Source: Utricularia gibba
Taxonomy: Eukaryota; Plantae; Magnoliophyta
Length of the DNA: 64,000 nucleotides
Direction: 5' to 3'
Assembly (NCBI GenBank): GCA_002189035.1
Contig: CM007991.1
Span: 1,798,001 to 1,862,000 of the forward strand
How positions within the stretch are numbered: the first letter of the stretch is position 1; every line of letters begins with the position of its first letter. The notes beneath the pieces were generated by a model, which worked only from the letters and a program-made list of their open reading frames with translations, had not been told where the DNA came from and did no database searches. Shown piece after piece: positions 24,714 to 38,103 of the stretch. The position numbers were made by a program, and so were the translations under genes.

Positions 24714-25694
24714 TGAGCTACTCATTCATATCGCGATCGCTCAAGTGGAAGGGGGAGACAGGAGTGAGCAAACGTGGATGCAAACTTGTGATGTGGACGA
24801 CACAAGGACAGACGTGCCGCCGGACCACCGCCGGTACGGGGGAGTTAGTTAGGTTTTGAAGCAGGACTATTGTTTGTGGGGGACATATATTTTTTTGTGT
24901 GTATACGTATTTTCATTTAATGTTATGGAATTCAATTAAATGAATATGCAGATTTATTAGCAATATCCTCATAATTCACATCTTTGTTTAAAATATCTTC
25001 TTGGTGCGGTGGCTGCACCACAACATTACAAGCTGTACTTCCAAAAGAGGATACGCTGCCGACAGACTATTTGACTCATATCCCGACACCGCGACACCGT
25101 GTCATCTCAACAAACTCTACTGTCGCGAATGCCATGTGTTTGTAACATACGGATTAGTTACGCCGCACCCCCATCTGAAAAAAAAAACATAAAATTAAGG
25201 CACCAGAATTTTATCTTTTTATAAAAATTGCAATCCAGAATTCTAAAATGAAAATAACCCGGTACGATGTTCGAGACCCGACTTCTTTATTGGGCTGTTG
25301 TCCTGGTGGTGGCCCATATTCCATTCAAGGATTGGGCTGGGATGGGGTAATATGTCAGAAGGAACTTGACCAACTACTGACGCACTTGTTCATCTTCTGA
25401 AATACTTGCATGTCATGTGAAACAGAGTTCACGCCGAAAGCCAGGAACAATATTCTGCTTATTGCCCTTTGGATTGTTGTAATATTTCCCTCACAGTACC
25501 GCTGGTACCCATGCGGGTAAAACGTTTGAAGAGGCCTTAATGACATAGTGTACTTTATCGACCTCCATTCAGGGCGATTCACAAGGAGCTCAGAAGTTGA
25601 GGAACCCAAGGAGACAACTCCAAACCCAAAAGAATTCAAGTGCAGAAACTATGGGGCAACCAGCGAGAATGGAACCAGAGAGTGAACACGTATA

Positions 25695-26923
25695 TCATGA
25701 TGCACCACCGGCTGCCTTGCCTTTTTTCTTCTGTATTTTCCTGGTGTAGAACTCGAGTTCCTTCCCTTCCAGTATGTATCTGAAACAAGGGTGGGACAGA
25801 CGAGTTGGAAGAGTAGAAGGACGAATGGTGGGAAAAAAAAAGATTTTGCTCTTACCCATCAGCCCTTCCACATTGTCCAGGGCGTGAGGAAATGCAGGCT
25901 AGCAACCTGCCGGAGCTAAACTGCTCCTCAACATGTGGATCGATTTTGCGGTCCACCTGACGTTTCTTTCTCTTCCTGTCAACATGATTGCTAACCTTCG
26001 TCTCGGCTTGAGGTCCTTCTCCTTCCTGTCGAGTTTACCAAGTGAAGGGACATAAGTCAGTATTGATAGCTTGTTAATTTGGGGAAACAAAGATCCGAGA
26101 AAGAAGGCATGGCATGACATGACACGAACAAATTCTGCCGTACTTCAAATTGCAATTTAATCAAAACATATAAAGAAGAAGAACGGGAAAACTACTGAAT
26201 CACCTCAGGTTCATCTTTCTTTGAACTAGGCTTCTTCTTCTTACCAATATCTACACCATAATGAGTTGAATACCACTGCTTGAAAGGCGCAGCATCAACC
26301 TGGACAATGGCGCTCTTGACCAACGTTTGTGTCCTCACAAGTTCATTGTTTGAGGCATTATAAACAACATCCAGGATACGGGTTTTCCGGGTAACAGCCT
26401 CGCTGCCCCAGGAATAGTTCCCAGTGTTCAATCTCAAAGCCCTCCATTTCACATTGCCTCCTCGAACACGAATTCTCCTCACTGTTTTCTGAGACGTGTC
26501 CAGCTTTGTGTTTGCAGGTTGCCGGCCAAGCTCATACCTTCAATAACAAATACATCAACATACTAAATCCACAACGAACTTTTCAGGACCTAAAAATGTC
26601 AAGAAAACGCCAGTTCAACACGTAGACAAAAAACGCAACAGACAAACGAGCATTTTTACCCAATGAAATAAAGAACCATACGAAGCAATGTAGCCAATAA
26701 AAAATATACGAACTCAACACCTATCCGCGGAAAAACTGATAAGGAAACACCCACTTGCGCTTCTTCCTCCACGCCTTCTTCTTCCCGCCAGTGGCTCTCC
26801 TCTTGTGCATCGAATCACGAGAGATACCTGCAAGCCCATCGTTTAATCATCATCCGAAACACCTAGAACCATCTATAGTTACAAAATAGATATCCAAACG
26901 ATCAATGCGAAAAACATACCCAT
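25695..26923 (-). CDS. RPS8: 40S ribosomal protein S8 (eS8)
   Basis: Micro-exon ATGG at 26923-26920, then [70 protein letters not shown] and [11 protein letters not shown]...*. Confidence 0.97.
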
Positions 26924-27000
26924 GATCGAAGTCGCGGAGGGTCTCCCCAAGCTCCTGTCGATGCAACAACGAACAATCCCAAAAGCCCTAGCTTTCAAGT

Positions 27001-27054
27001 TGGGCTGCACTTTATATACGGCATATGTTGGGCTCTACATCTTTTCCCAGCCCA
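27001..27054 (-). promoter_or_regulatory. RPS8 core promoter: TATA box plus site II (TGGGCY) motifs
   Basis: TATATAAA on the minus strand at 27018-27011. TGGGCT/AGCCCA at 27001-27006, 27029-27034 and 27049-27054. Site II elements are typical of plant ribosomal protein promoters. Confidence 0.55.
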
Positions 27055-27332
27055 CAATATTCAAAAACATGGAAACGGGCTTACATTACAAACGATATTA
27101 TTAAATGAGGACAAAGTAGTAATTAGCAACATTATTTTAAGACATGACCTACATTAATGCATTTTGGAAAATGCTTTAAACAGGTATTATTCACATACTA
27201 CAAATGATGCACATGGTGTCCAAATATGAATCATTATTTTTTAATACTTACAATTTTAGATAATAATTTTTTTAAAGGTTATCCATTAGTCTCTCCAAAA
27301 TACATGTATGTCCAAATATAAACAACTCTGCA

Positions 27333-27967
27333 CTAGTCATCCTGATTGGAGTGGGCAGCAGACTGGGCCCGCATTCGGGCCCCCCATGACGTGGGCTTTC
27401 GCTGTCTCCGCTTCAGCCCATCCAGCTGGCTCTCCCATCTCGTCTTCCACTCTGCCTCGCCCCCTGTTTCATTATCCGATCAATAAAAATTAATTTATAA
27501 TTCATCCCCAAATACTAAGAAGCCGTCGGGAGCCTTACTTGATTGAAGCGGCGGTCGTCGCCGTGAGGTCTGACTCCTGTATTCAGGTAGTTATCGTACA
27601 AAGCCCTGCTCTGGGCATTGGATAGCGTTTCGTAAGCTTCATGTACCATAATAAATCTTTGGGTATTCTCATCCCGTCTCTCCGGCGGCGACAAGTCGGG
27701 ATGATGCTTCCTGGCCATCTGCTTATACGCCTTCTTGATGTCGGAGAGGGTGCTCCCCGTACCCGGGACTCCGAGGATTTCGTAGAAGGTTTCGGCTGTT
27801 TGCTGCGAGTAGAAGGCCACTACGCGTAAGGATTCACGGTGGTTCCCTCCCGGCGGCGGGGGTTTGGGTGTCGAAACTCTTGTTTTAGATACGTGGGAGG
27901 CGAAGGAAAGTGGTTTTCCGGTAGGGCTTGAATGGACAGGAAGCCAAGGAATAGGACAAGTGCTCAT
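27333..27967 (-). CDS. Plastid-targeted small J-domain protein (DnaJ type C; one apparent -1 frameshift)
   Basis: Transit-peptide-like N-terminus and J domain with HPD (FYEILGV...YKQMARKHHPD). Exon 2 (27463-27333) reads EWKTRWESQLDGLKRR...SWGARMR after adding one G at 27460-27464. Confidence 0.88.
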
Positions 27968-29213
27968 CGGAGAAGAAACGCTTTTTTTCTTTTTCTCTGT
28001 CTGATTTAATGGTCGTCATTCCCAAATTGCGTGATCTTATAGGAAGGGGCGAGAGCCTTATGTTACTGCTGACGCGGCATGTTTCTGGATAAGACTTCTG
28101 TACCACTCCGAGTGCCAAAAGAGTAATGTTTCTTTTTGTCCCTCCTAATTTTCTCCGTTAATCATTTACTATTTAATTAATTATTTGATACACCAATTAT
28201 TCGATTTTATTTAATATGATTATATTCAAACCATATGATAAATGCAGATCTAAGTAAAGGAATCCGGACATTCCACCGTGTGTCGGGATGTTGTTTTGAT
28301 GGACGGAATGTCATTCCGTTAGTTTCATTGACTATGATGCAGTCACATTAAAATGCAATGATGTTATGTATCATGGTCTTTTTTGAAATCCATTAAGCCT
28401 GGTTTTTTATTGCAAATATAGCGACATGGACATTTAGGTTCCATTTGGAACAATTTATGTCTGTATAGAAACGTTTCAGAAATAATTTCATTATTAAATA
28501 CGAACGAATTATATTATAAAAATTTGAAAGCACTTTTATTTAAAAAAAATCTTGAAATTTCAACTCGTAATATTTTAAGAAGATATAACAAAGAAAACTT
28601 TAGTATCATTAATTAGGAATGAATTATAGCTCAAGGCTATGATATGGTTGGAGAAATTTAATTATTAAAAATATTTATAATAATACAATATTCGATAATA
28701 AATTTTAGATTTTAAAATAAATTTATTTTTTAAATAAGAATTATGAAATTTCTTTCATATTAGTGAATGCCAATTGAAAAATTTATTTTATGTTGCATTA
28801 ATTCATATATTAAATAATAACATAAATTAAAATGGACGTGCACCGAGAGATCTGCCATAAAAGTGGAAAAAGCAAATGCTCCTTATTTAAAATTAGATAT
28901 TTCTTTTTGGTCGAGAAAAACATTAAACCCTCGCACTCCCGGCGTTCGGTGCTTCGCCCTCGTCAAGATCCGTCGCCCCCGTTCCTTGTCTCAGATCCTG
29001 TGCGGCGACCGGACCGGACCTCCGGAAAAGTTCAGAGGCTAATTTCTTTCCTGGTGGGAACCGATCTAATGCCCGTTACTTGCTTCTTGTGAAATGATGC
29101 GAATTAATTGACTATGTTTTGTACACTAAAGATCGTGATAGATTTTTATTGCGGCGGTAGCGGAGCTTATGATCTTGTTTTTTAGGTGTGTCGAAGGGCT
29201 TTTATCGGCGGTG

Positions 29214-31934
29214 ATGGCGGCAGCGGTTGAGGCAGTGCCTGTTCCAGTTTCTGCGCAAGCCGTATGCGTTTTTTTTTTATGCTCGAGCGACGAGTTTATG
29301 TTTTCTCTGAGGTTTTTATCATTTGAAAATCTGAAAGTGATAATGGATTCGTTGCGATGTAGGTTGCGAATGCCTTCGTGCAGCAGTACTATCATATACT
29401 GCGCCATTCGCCTGGGCTTGTCCATCGTTTTTATCAGGAAATTAGTAAACTTGGACGTCCTGAGGAAGATGGTTCCATGAGCGTTACTACCACGTTGCAG
29501 GTAATTTCCTTTCAATCTGTTTCCAAATGCTGCATCTCATTTTAAGCTGCTCCTTGGTATCTTATTTAGGTTTAATGTAACCTGGTTTTTGTTTAGTAGG
29601 ATGACCTTTCTGCACTTTTGAATTTGGAAAACTTTTCAGTGGGGGGGCTTTTTGTTGAATAAGTTGATACTGACTTTTTCGTTTGTAAAAAAACTCTTTC
29701 GTGTAGGCCATTAACGAGAAGATCATGTCCCTGAACCATGGTGACGTTGGAACAGAGATTAAGTCAGTGGATGCACAAGAGTCACATAATGGAGGAGTTC
29801 ATGTTCTTGTAACTGGTTACATGACAGCGAAGGAGAACACACTCCAAAAATTTGCGCAGGCTTTCTTTCTTGCGCCTCAAGACAATGGATACTATGTTTT
29901 GAACGACATGTTTCGACGCCTGGACGATGCCAATGTGAATCCTCCTTTAGTTAATGAGATTGCTGTTCCCGTGTCTGAAGATTCTGGTAAACAAGGCACA
30001 TTCATCTTATGTTGCGTAGTCGTCATTCTGTTGGTGTTTTTGATTTTTCTAAACATTTATATTCACAGTTCCAGTTTTGGAAGATAATCCATCTGTGGAA
30101 AGCATTCAGTCTGCTGAGGAAGCTGTTGCTGAAGTTTATAATCCACCTCAAAATGGAGATGTTATCATGGTTGAAGACGAGGTCCCTGTGCCTGAGGTTG
30201 TAGATCAAGTGCAAGATGATGCTCCAAAGGTCGTTGAATCCATTACCAAAATAGAGGAAAGCCCTAAGAAGTCCTATGCATCCATTGTAAGTGCATGGAT
30301 AATTTTAGTGAAGCGTTGGCTTTCCTTTTTTACAGAGTGCTTTACGTCACGCTTATCTCAAAGCAACTGGGCTCCTTGAATTTTTTTATCAACTTTACTC
30401 GATTATCTTATTCACTATACGTCATTACAAAATTTGTGCAGGTGATGCATCTCAAGGAAACTGCAGCAACTTTCTCTCCACCACCTCCTGCTCGCAAAGC
30501 TCCTCCGAAGGCTGTTGAGCCAATTAATCCCCCAGTTGCCCCTGCCTCTGCCCCTGCAACAGATGGACCTTCTTCTGGTATAGATTCTGCTGAGAATGAG
30601 ATCAACCAAGAGAGCGAAGGTACCTACTTCTCGGTCATCCCAAGTTGATTTTACTATAATGAGTTTTTTTTTCTAAATTAGAATATACTTCATTTCATGA
30701 TTCTGATTGTTGCAGCCGATGGTCACTCTATTTATATAAAGGGACTTCCGATGAATGCTACTGCACCCGTACTTGAGGAAGTGTTCAAGAAATTTGGAGC
30801 CATCAAGGCTGGTGGCATCCAAGTCCGAAGCAACCGTGTATGTTTGTCTTTTACTTTTCTTTTTAATAGAATGAGTGGGCTTGTAATAGGTTCTTCTTAA
30901 ATATAGTTTGTATTGAAATTCTTTGTATTGTTGTGTTGCAGCATCAAGGTTTTTGTTTCGGTTTTGTTGAATTTGAAGAAGCTATCTCTGTACAAAAAGC
31001 TATGGAGGTAGGTGTTAGTATGATACCAGTTTGAAGAGTGTATTAAGTCACACGCATTTATTAGTTTGCTTTCCGTAGACTATTGTTGTATGGGCGTTAG
31101 GCAGTGTAATGTTATAGGGAATGCTTTTGAAAATGATCTTCTTTTCCAGATTTCTATATGTCATCGCTGATTCCCAAAACCACTTCTTTGTATCCCATGC
31201 AAAATCTTTTCTCAGAATCATTATAAATCAAAGGGCAATAATGCTCCATATTTTTTATTTACTCCGTGTTTAATCTCTCGATTTCTAGAGGTTCATGTAT
31301 GATAATATTCATCAGGGCCAGTAACGCCGTGTACGTTTTCTGGCACTTGTGTGTGATAATCATCATTATTGAATGTTTTAGGCCTCTCCTGTGCTTATCG
31401 GTGGGCGCCAAGCTTATGTGGAGGAGAAGAGGTCTACAAACTCCCGAGGTAACTCACAACACTAGTTTTTGGCTACACCAACAATAACCGCAAAGCATTT
31501 TTTTGTTTCCTTCGGTCTTGAAATTCTTAGTTTTGCAGCTTCTCTTTGTGTTGCTCTTCTTGATAAACTTTCTGGCGCATGTTTCAAGATTGCGCTCCCA
31601 TTTCTTGATAATTACTCATAGATTTCCTCTTTTTTCCAGCAGGAAACAACAGGGGCAGATTCCAGCCAGGGAGGGGCTCCGGGTTCAGAAACGATGGCAT
31701 AAGAGGGCGTGGAAACTACGGAGGTGGAAGAGGCTACAACAACAGCAGAGCTGATTTCAATAGCAGGAACGAGCTGGGCAACAGGAATGGCCCGCGTGTT
31801 GGCCCCCGAGCCGTGACGGATATCAGCGTTCGGACAACTACAATAGCAACATGGCTCGCGTCAACCAGACCGGCGGCGGATTAGCCAACGGTAATATAAA
31901 AAACACAACTCCCCGCGTTTCTGCTACTGCCTGA
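29214..31934 (+). CDS. NTF2 + RRM + RGG protein (G3BP-like; one apparent -1 frameshift)
   Basis: VGNAFVQQYYHILRHSPGLVHRFY, VLVTGY...FAQAFFLAPQDNGYYVLNDMFR, PKKSYASIV, RRM SIYIKGLP...FKKFG...GFCFGFVEF and RGG repeats. The last exon is repaired at the C run 31803-31807. Confidence 0.92.
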
Positions 31935-32343
31935 AGATCCAATATCCCGGTAGGCCTCCGCCTAGACTCGAACCAACGCCTCATTGTCTTGAGTCGTTTT
32001 TTTCTTTTACCATCAGTTTGTAGCATTTTTCCCTGTTTGCGCCGGAGGGTATAGCTTGTTCGCTACGAGTTTTGAAGCTAGTTCATTTCTTCAGGTACAA
32101 CTCCATTTGTCTGTGCGTCTTTCCGGTGCTTCATTTTTCAGACCTGATGTAATAGTAATTAGTCAGTCAAATTAAATAATGATTTTTTTTGGTTGGTTCC
32201 CAGAAAATTTTCAATACAACGTGATTTTCATTCAAATGAGTATCGAAAATGATTACTGTACTTATTTTATGAGAAAGTGTTTGTCAACTTGGATCGGAAT
32301 GGAAATGAAAATGGAACCAGGTTCGATGACGATAATGATGTGT

Positions 32344-33326
32344 TTAGTAGAAAGTGTCGCCATTGTTATGGACTTTCTTGTTCACGTGCGGATGGCGTTG
32401 CAGCCATCCGTACCTTTTCATGGCCTTCGTGATGTTCCCCAGCTTCCGCCGCCCGACTCCAAGGCTCATGTTTTTGACCGACAACTTCAGGCCGTGTAGG
32501 CAGCACACGACCGCCACTCCCACACCACCGTCCTCTTCCGACGACAATTTACTATTCTTTTTCGCCGAGAGATTCCCTCCGCCGCCTCCACCTCCCACAA
32601 CGAGTCCATGCCGCGGCTGCCATGTCGCTCCTCTAACAGCCTGCATCCCAACGTCCTTTTCCACTCCTTGGACACGCTGTGTTCTGGGTTACTTGACAAA
32701 TTGCTGCTGCAGATCGAAGCCCCCATCTGGTTCTGGTTATCAACCGCTCCGGCTGTTGATTCATCCTCTGCGCTCATTGCACAATTCCCACTACTTCTCT
32801 TTGGTTCCCTTGTTTCATCCGATGGGTTTACAGCTACAGGATTTAAAACCTCCTCCATGATTTCTTGCTTCACGTCTTCAGAAAGTGCAACTGCAGAGTC
32901 CTCCATTTGAGCTGACTTCTCTCCCGTCCTTCCAACGAAATCATGGGTCCTTTCAATCTCCATCCCAAATGATCCAAACAGGAATTCACCAACTCCAAGA
33001 TCCTCAAAACCCTTCAACTCTTCTTTCTTGGAACTCAGTTTCATAGCAGCAGCCTCAGCAGTAATAGAAGATGCAAGGGGAGGACTGGAACCCCTGTGGT
33101 GAGCCAATAACTCAATGCAGAAAAAGCTTTGGTGGGTGCTGCGAAGTGCGGCAGAGAGAAGGCAAGTAGTGAGGAAGAGAGGGAAAAGCAAAGAGATGAG
33201 TTCTAAAAGATAAGGGGCGGACAAGATCATGCAGAACAAATACAGAGGATTTGAGAGAAAGCCCGAAAACAGTACAGATAACAGAACAGTAGAGAAGTTG
33301 GCCTCGCGGGTCAACAGCTCTTCCAT
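32344..33326 (-). CDS. Intronless uncharacterised membrane-anchored plant protein (At3g25130-like; one apparent -1 frameshift)
   Basis: Hydrophobic N-terminus plus conserved EWKRTLGCRLLEER...GMDSLWE and CCLHGLKLSVKNMSLGVGR...ITKAMKRYGWL. 983 nt + 1 base at 32575-32577 = 328 codons. Family assignment is from memory. Confidence 0.75.
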
Positions 33327-34535
33327 TTCAAAAGAAAAATACCAAACGTTGAAGAAGATTGTGGAAGGAGGACCCTCTTTTAGAGAACACGCCGTGAATG
33401 ATGGGAGCGACCAAGGAAGACTATGGGAGACGAGAGGCTTTTCAAAAGTTGTGTTTTAAAAATGCATGGTGTGCCTTCAAACTATGATCTCGTCACTTTC
33501 GGACAGTCACGACACGCGGACACGTATAACTCATCCAATTTAATAAGAAAGTGAAGTGTCTTGAGCTCATGTCAAACGCAACAAGTGGTTTAAAGACAAG
33601 GGTTAGACAATTAAAGAGCACAACCACATTCTTAACCAAAAGTATCTGTTTCCTACAAGGCGATGCAACTTTCACGAAAAGCTGCAATCCGCAAAAGCAT
33701 GAGAGAGCAGAGGATTGACAAATTCAACTTGCTAGACAAGCACCACAGAGTATCATGGAACTGGTGTTCAAGAAACGTGAATCAGTAACACAATGAACAA
33801 ATGCTCTACCCCACAACCACTGGAAATGTCCTAATGATAGATAACCCAGTAACAAAAGGTAACCAAATGTGAGGTTCATTGATGGAGAACTTAAAAGGGA
33901 ATTGTACAATAAAAAGGAAATCAATTTCACATGGGAAAAAAACCCTATTGCTACTCCGTTGGATATGTACTAGTGACACACCATCAAGGTTCTACCCACG
34001 AGGATTTTTTAACGCTAGGGACCCCAACTGCGTGCTGTTATGTGTGTAGCCTGTTGGTAACAATTATTAACTTTTCTAGGGCCAACACCACATGCTAAAA
34101 GCAAAAAGCAATTCTGGGTATAAGAAAGAAGCAAGGCTGAATGATTCATGACATGGACCATGCTAGTGGAGGGGCTCGATCCCTTAATAAGAAAACATAA
34201 TCATGGAGTTTTTTACTAATTCACATCCAACTCAAATCTATGTTTTAATGCAACAACCCCAAGCCACAGAACCGAACTATGAAACGCCCCAGAAACAGCG
34301 GTGACGGAAAGTAAAACAATTGACAATTCAACTGAAGAACCAGAAGTCTCACCATTGAAAGAGTTAATAAATATCCTGATAGTCAAGACCAATGAAATAT
34401 GCTAAACAAATGTGGACATGATTTATCGATGAATAGATCCGATGTCATGACACCACATGGTTAAAAGAAAATAGTAGCCACTCGTTACACCTCACAACAG
34501 ATCTCAAAGAAACTCAATAAAGCTAAATCCTTCCA

Positions 34536-34875
34536 TTATTCTGTCATAACAGGCTTATTCTCGCTCGCCTTCGGCTTCTGCTCCTTCGGCTTTTGTTCTT
34601 CATTTTTCCTGCATGCAAGAAACAATAAAGTGAATAAAGAAACAATCTAGACTTCAGGAATTCCAATTTTACAATATAGTAGCAACCAATCACCAAAAAC
34701 AGATTGCATCTAAAAAAATAAATACCGCTTCATGAATCAACTAGAGCAAAAGCAACAATCAAGAGGAAGATAAAACAACTCGAGAAGTGGAGCAAGAGAA
34801 CTACTTCTTATCGGAAGAGCTCCCCTTCTGGCTGAGGAAGGAACGGAAAAGTGGAGAATTCACGTCGTAGATCAT
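34536..34875 (-). CDS. Wound-induced basic protein (47 aa)
   Basis: Not in the ORF track. Exons 34875-34805 and 34608-34536 give MIYDVNSPLFRSFLSQKGSSSDKKKNEEQKPKEQKPKASENKPVMTE*, the conserved family sequence. Confidence 0.92.
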
Positions 34876-36481
34876 TATGATCGGTGCAATCGCCACCTGA
34901 ATTCAAACCCTAACTACAATTTCCCCCTCCCAAAGGCATAAACAAACAACTACTACAAGTTGGGCCACCGGCCCATTTAATAGTTCTGTATTTTTCTAAA
35001 CATTATATTTTTCTCAACATAATTATTATTTTTCTAAACATAATTATTATTTTACCAACCCTTGGCGGTGTCTTGTAACTTTCTCAGGTCACCAACCGGT
35101 AGTCGGTAAACCGAAGGCATTCGCAACAAGCACAAAATGACAAAAACGCCCCTCATTACCATTTACCGGCTCCCGCCTGCGTGGTTGACTTCCTTGTCAG
35201 CAGATTCCTGTAAATTTACCAGAGTATCCCTCCCATGCAAGTTAGGAATCCATGGGCCAAGTGGGACCCAGACTTAGGTTCGGGTTTGTTTTGTTTCTTT
35301 CTTCATGTGTTGCGATGTCTTGAACCCAGCAGCACCCGGTACGGTCCGGTCCGAATGGAACGAAAAGGGAAAAGGCAAAGAGATGAGAGGGGTATATTGG
35401 TAATTAGAGGGGCACTGGATTCCGGGAATAGCTGGTGGGGTCGCCGACTCCGATGGAATTGAATCCCCCTTTTCGGAGGTGTGCGAAGATGGGAAGCCGT
35501 CAAGCGCTCTCCTGTGCGTAAGTACAGTAAGTTGTTTTTCTCCCACATCCACCCAACTACTCCAACGCAGCAGCAGACAATTGTGATAACGAGCGTCAGT
35601 CTCTAACAAAAACAAAAGGTGGTAAGGAAGGAAGAGAGCAGGCAGTAGATAGAATAGATGCATGAGTAAAGAAGAAACCCACAAAAAGTCTCTGTGTTAA
35701 TACTCTTTCTTCCTCTCTGCGAAAAATCAGCAGCTATTTCTATTTTCCCCCCTCTTTCAAACCGAATTAAGGCTCTACCTCACTAGCTACCAAGCTCACG
35801 CAAACCCAGGTTGCCTTGGTTTCCACGCATCCCTGATTCGTCACATTTGCTCGGTGGGTATTCGCCGATTTCCTCTCTTTTCGTTGCTCTGTGATTGTAA
35901 TCCACTCCCCGGTCTCATCAACCTTTCATTTTTTTTGAGTTTTGTGTTCTGGGTTTTTTTTTTTAATTTTGTCGGCATTGGTTGTTGACTCGACGGCGAT
36001 TGGTGGAGGATTACAGTTGGCTGATAAGTTACTTCCAGTCTATCGGGGGTGGCTGTTGGTTGAATGGATGGATTCTTCGCTTCTCCGGATTTTTGTATTT
36101 CTTTCTTTAGCGTTTCTCTTCCTTCGCGAAACTGGGTTGACTTCTGAAAGACAGAGTTCTTTGGGCACAATCGCAGAAACGAACGATGGGTTTTTTTGTT
36201 GCTGTTATTGAGGAACGTCGACCACCTTTTGCTGCTCTTTGAAGTACTCTCTGTATCTTTCTTACCACTTCTGGATTTGGTTTTTGCCCCATTGGGTTAG
36301 CCTGTTTCATACCATTTCGCTGTACGGAAAAAAGTTGGCTGTCTTGTAATTTTGTTTTCTGCATTTGCAGTATCCTGCGGTTTTTTATCAAGCAATTGTC
36401 TTCTTATGGGAACATTCCATTGCTTCTGTGTCTCAGTTTCTGAATCTCTATTTAGGTTCGAGGATTGATACCAGCAGCAAA

Positions 36482-37434
36482 ATGGTCAGCATTAGAAGAC
36501 GAAGACAACTAGCATTGTGCACTGGTATTCTTATTCTCTGCTTTTTTTGGAGTATTTCTGGTGTTAGTTTCACAACGTGGGTTTTGCCATTTCTCTGCTG
36601 AGCGTTGGCATTTCTAAAACTCGTGTAGAACATAACTCAAGCTCGAATGATCTGCCTTCAAATCATGATGCTTTCAAGCCAAAAGAGGTAAGACTGATGT
36701 TTGAATCTCCGGGTTGTCTTCATCATTTTTATCAGCAGTGCTGTATCTGAGACCTTGATATGCGCTGTATTGAGTAGGAAACCACTTCTGGCAATGGGGT
36801 CTGCCCATCTTATGGTTCAGTCTATTCTTCATCAAAAATGCAGCTTCAGGATGCATCTATGGTTCCAGAGATCAAAAGGAGAAAGCAGCACCGAAGAAAG
36901 CGCGTTGAGAACCAGGAACCCTGCATCATGAGAGGTGTATATTTCAAGAACATGAAATGGCAAGCCGCTATCAAAGTGGACAAGAAGCAGATCCATTTAG
37001 GGACTGTTTCATCCCAAGAAGAGGCTGCCCGCTTGTACGACAGGTACTGTAGTATTGGATCAACTTCATCGTGGTTGACACTTCTAATGAAGTGCTGTTC
37101 CTTCCAACTTTTTAGGGCGGCGTTCATGTGCCGCAGAGAGCCCAATTTTGAACTTTCTGAAGAAGAGAAGCAAGAGCTAAGCAAGTTCAGCTGGGATGAG
37201 TTCTTGGAAATGACTCGCGTGGCAATCAACAACAAGAGTGAGATGCATAACAATTTTCATTACTCATAGGCTGCAGATGTTAACGAAGTTCCTTCTGATT
37301 ATGCAGAGAGCCAAAGAAGAACGGGGACTCCTGCTGCCAAAAGTTCACCTGAGACAGAGACAAAGAACATGATGATTATTCCCTTTGAGAAGACGAAGCT
37401 AGAAGTTAACAACCTTGTGGACCAGCTTTCTTGA
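36482..37434 (+). CDS. Atypical AP2/ERF transcription factor (At4g13040 / soloist-like)
   Basis: MVSIRRRRQLALC start exon. KRRKQHRRK...EPCIMRGVYFKNMKWQAAIKVDKKQIHLGTV.SQEEAARLYDRAAFMC.REPNFEL motif. Five exons join in frame. Confidence 0.92.
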
Positions 37435-37891
37435 TGGTTTTTCAAAACTCTGTATTTCACTACAGAAACATCAGTCGCCAGGGTCATAAGTCTTGGGCTC
37501 TCATTTCCTCAGCCCATCTCTGACTGGAGCTTCAAATACAGCTAGCCTGCAGAATATTTTTCCATCCTTTGAAGGGGGCTCTTCCCCTACCGCATATAAT
37601 AGAGTTTTTACCAGATAGGAAGAAGGATTCTTCCTAAAGCTAATGAAGAGTAGAGTCGTTTTAACTAGATTCTATAATCTGCTTAGTTACCAAGAAACTG
37701 GTTCACAAAGAAGGGTGGATTCATATAGCCCATTGTCTGCCACATTTTCCATCTTCATCATCTTCATATATAAGATGCGAATCATGAAGGGAAATTCATT
37801 TGGGAAAAGTGCAAAATCAACAACCTCAACCAATATTTCCATCATGTAGAAAGAGTGCATAGCAACAATCATGTAATCTTATGATCCTCCA

Positions 37892-38103
37892 TCACTCCTG
37901 AGCCATATCCCAACTCCTACCGCCAATATCATCAGCGCCATCACACCTCTTGATCCTTTTTCTTCCCAATGATTCTTCATCATCATCACCGCCGCCGTCA
38001 CCGCTGCCTTCTTCGTCACAATAGTCTAGCCCTACCCCTCCTCCTCTTCCGGTAACCATACCCTACCCTGCCACAAGGCACCATTACTCCCATATTCTGC
38101 CAT
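37892..38103 (-). CDS. Small acidic protein with basic NLS-like motif (70 aa after one G-run correction), function unknown
   Basis: MAEYGSNGALWQGRVWLPEEEEG(V)GLDYCDEEGSGDGGGDDDEESLGRKRIKRCDGADDIGGRSWDMAQE*. 212 nt + 1 base at 38035-38038 = 71 codons. GC-rich island between AT-rich spacers. Confidence 0.5.

Noticed and set aside
24500-24850. GC hairpins as Helitron 3' termini or a tRNA-derived SINE
   Set aside because: No CTRR about 11 nt after any hairpin, and the B-box-like GGTTCGAAT near 24443 has no A-box or cloverleaf.
25355-25639. 94-aa minus-strand ORF downstream of RPS8
   Set aside because: Lies in the expected RPS8 3' UTR/terminator region, has an alternative start and shows no family motif.
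28303-28319. Small palindrome ACGGAAT-GTC-ATTCCGT in the DnaJ-G3BP spacer
   Set aside because: A single 7-bp stem is expected by chance, and there is no matching partner end, TSD or Helitron CTRR terminus.
35200-36470. GC-rich blocks and ORFs (35274-35684, 35841-36391) upstream of the AP2 gene
   Set aside because: No consistent coding signal. A GTAAGT donor at about 35518 and T-rich tracts fit 5' UTR exons/introns or promoter sequence shared by the two divergent genes.
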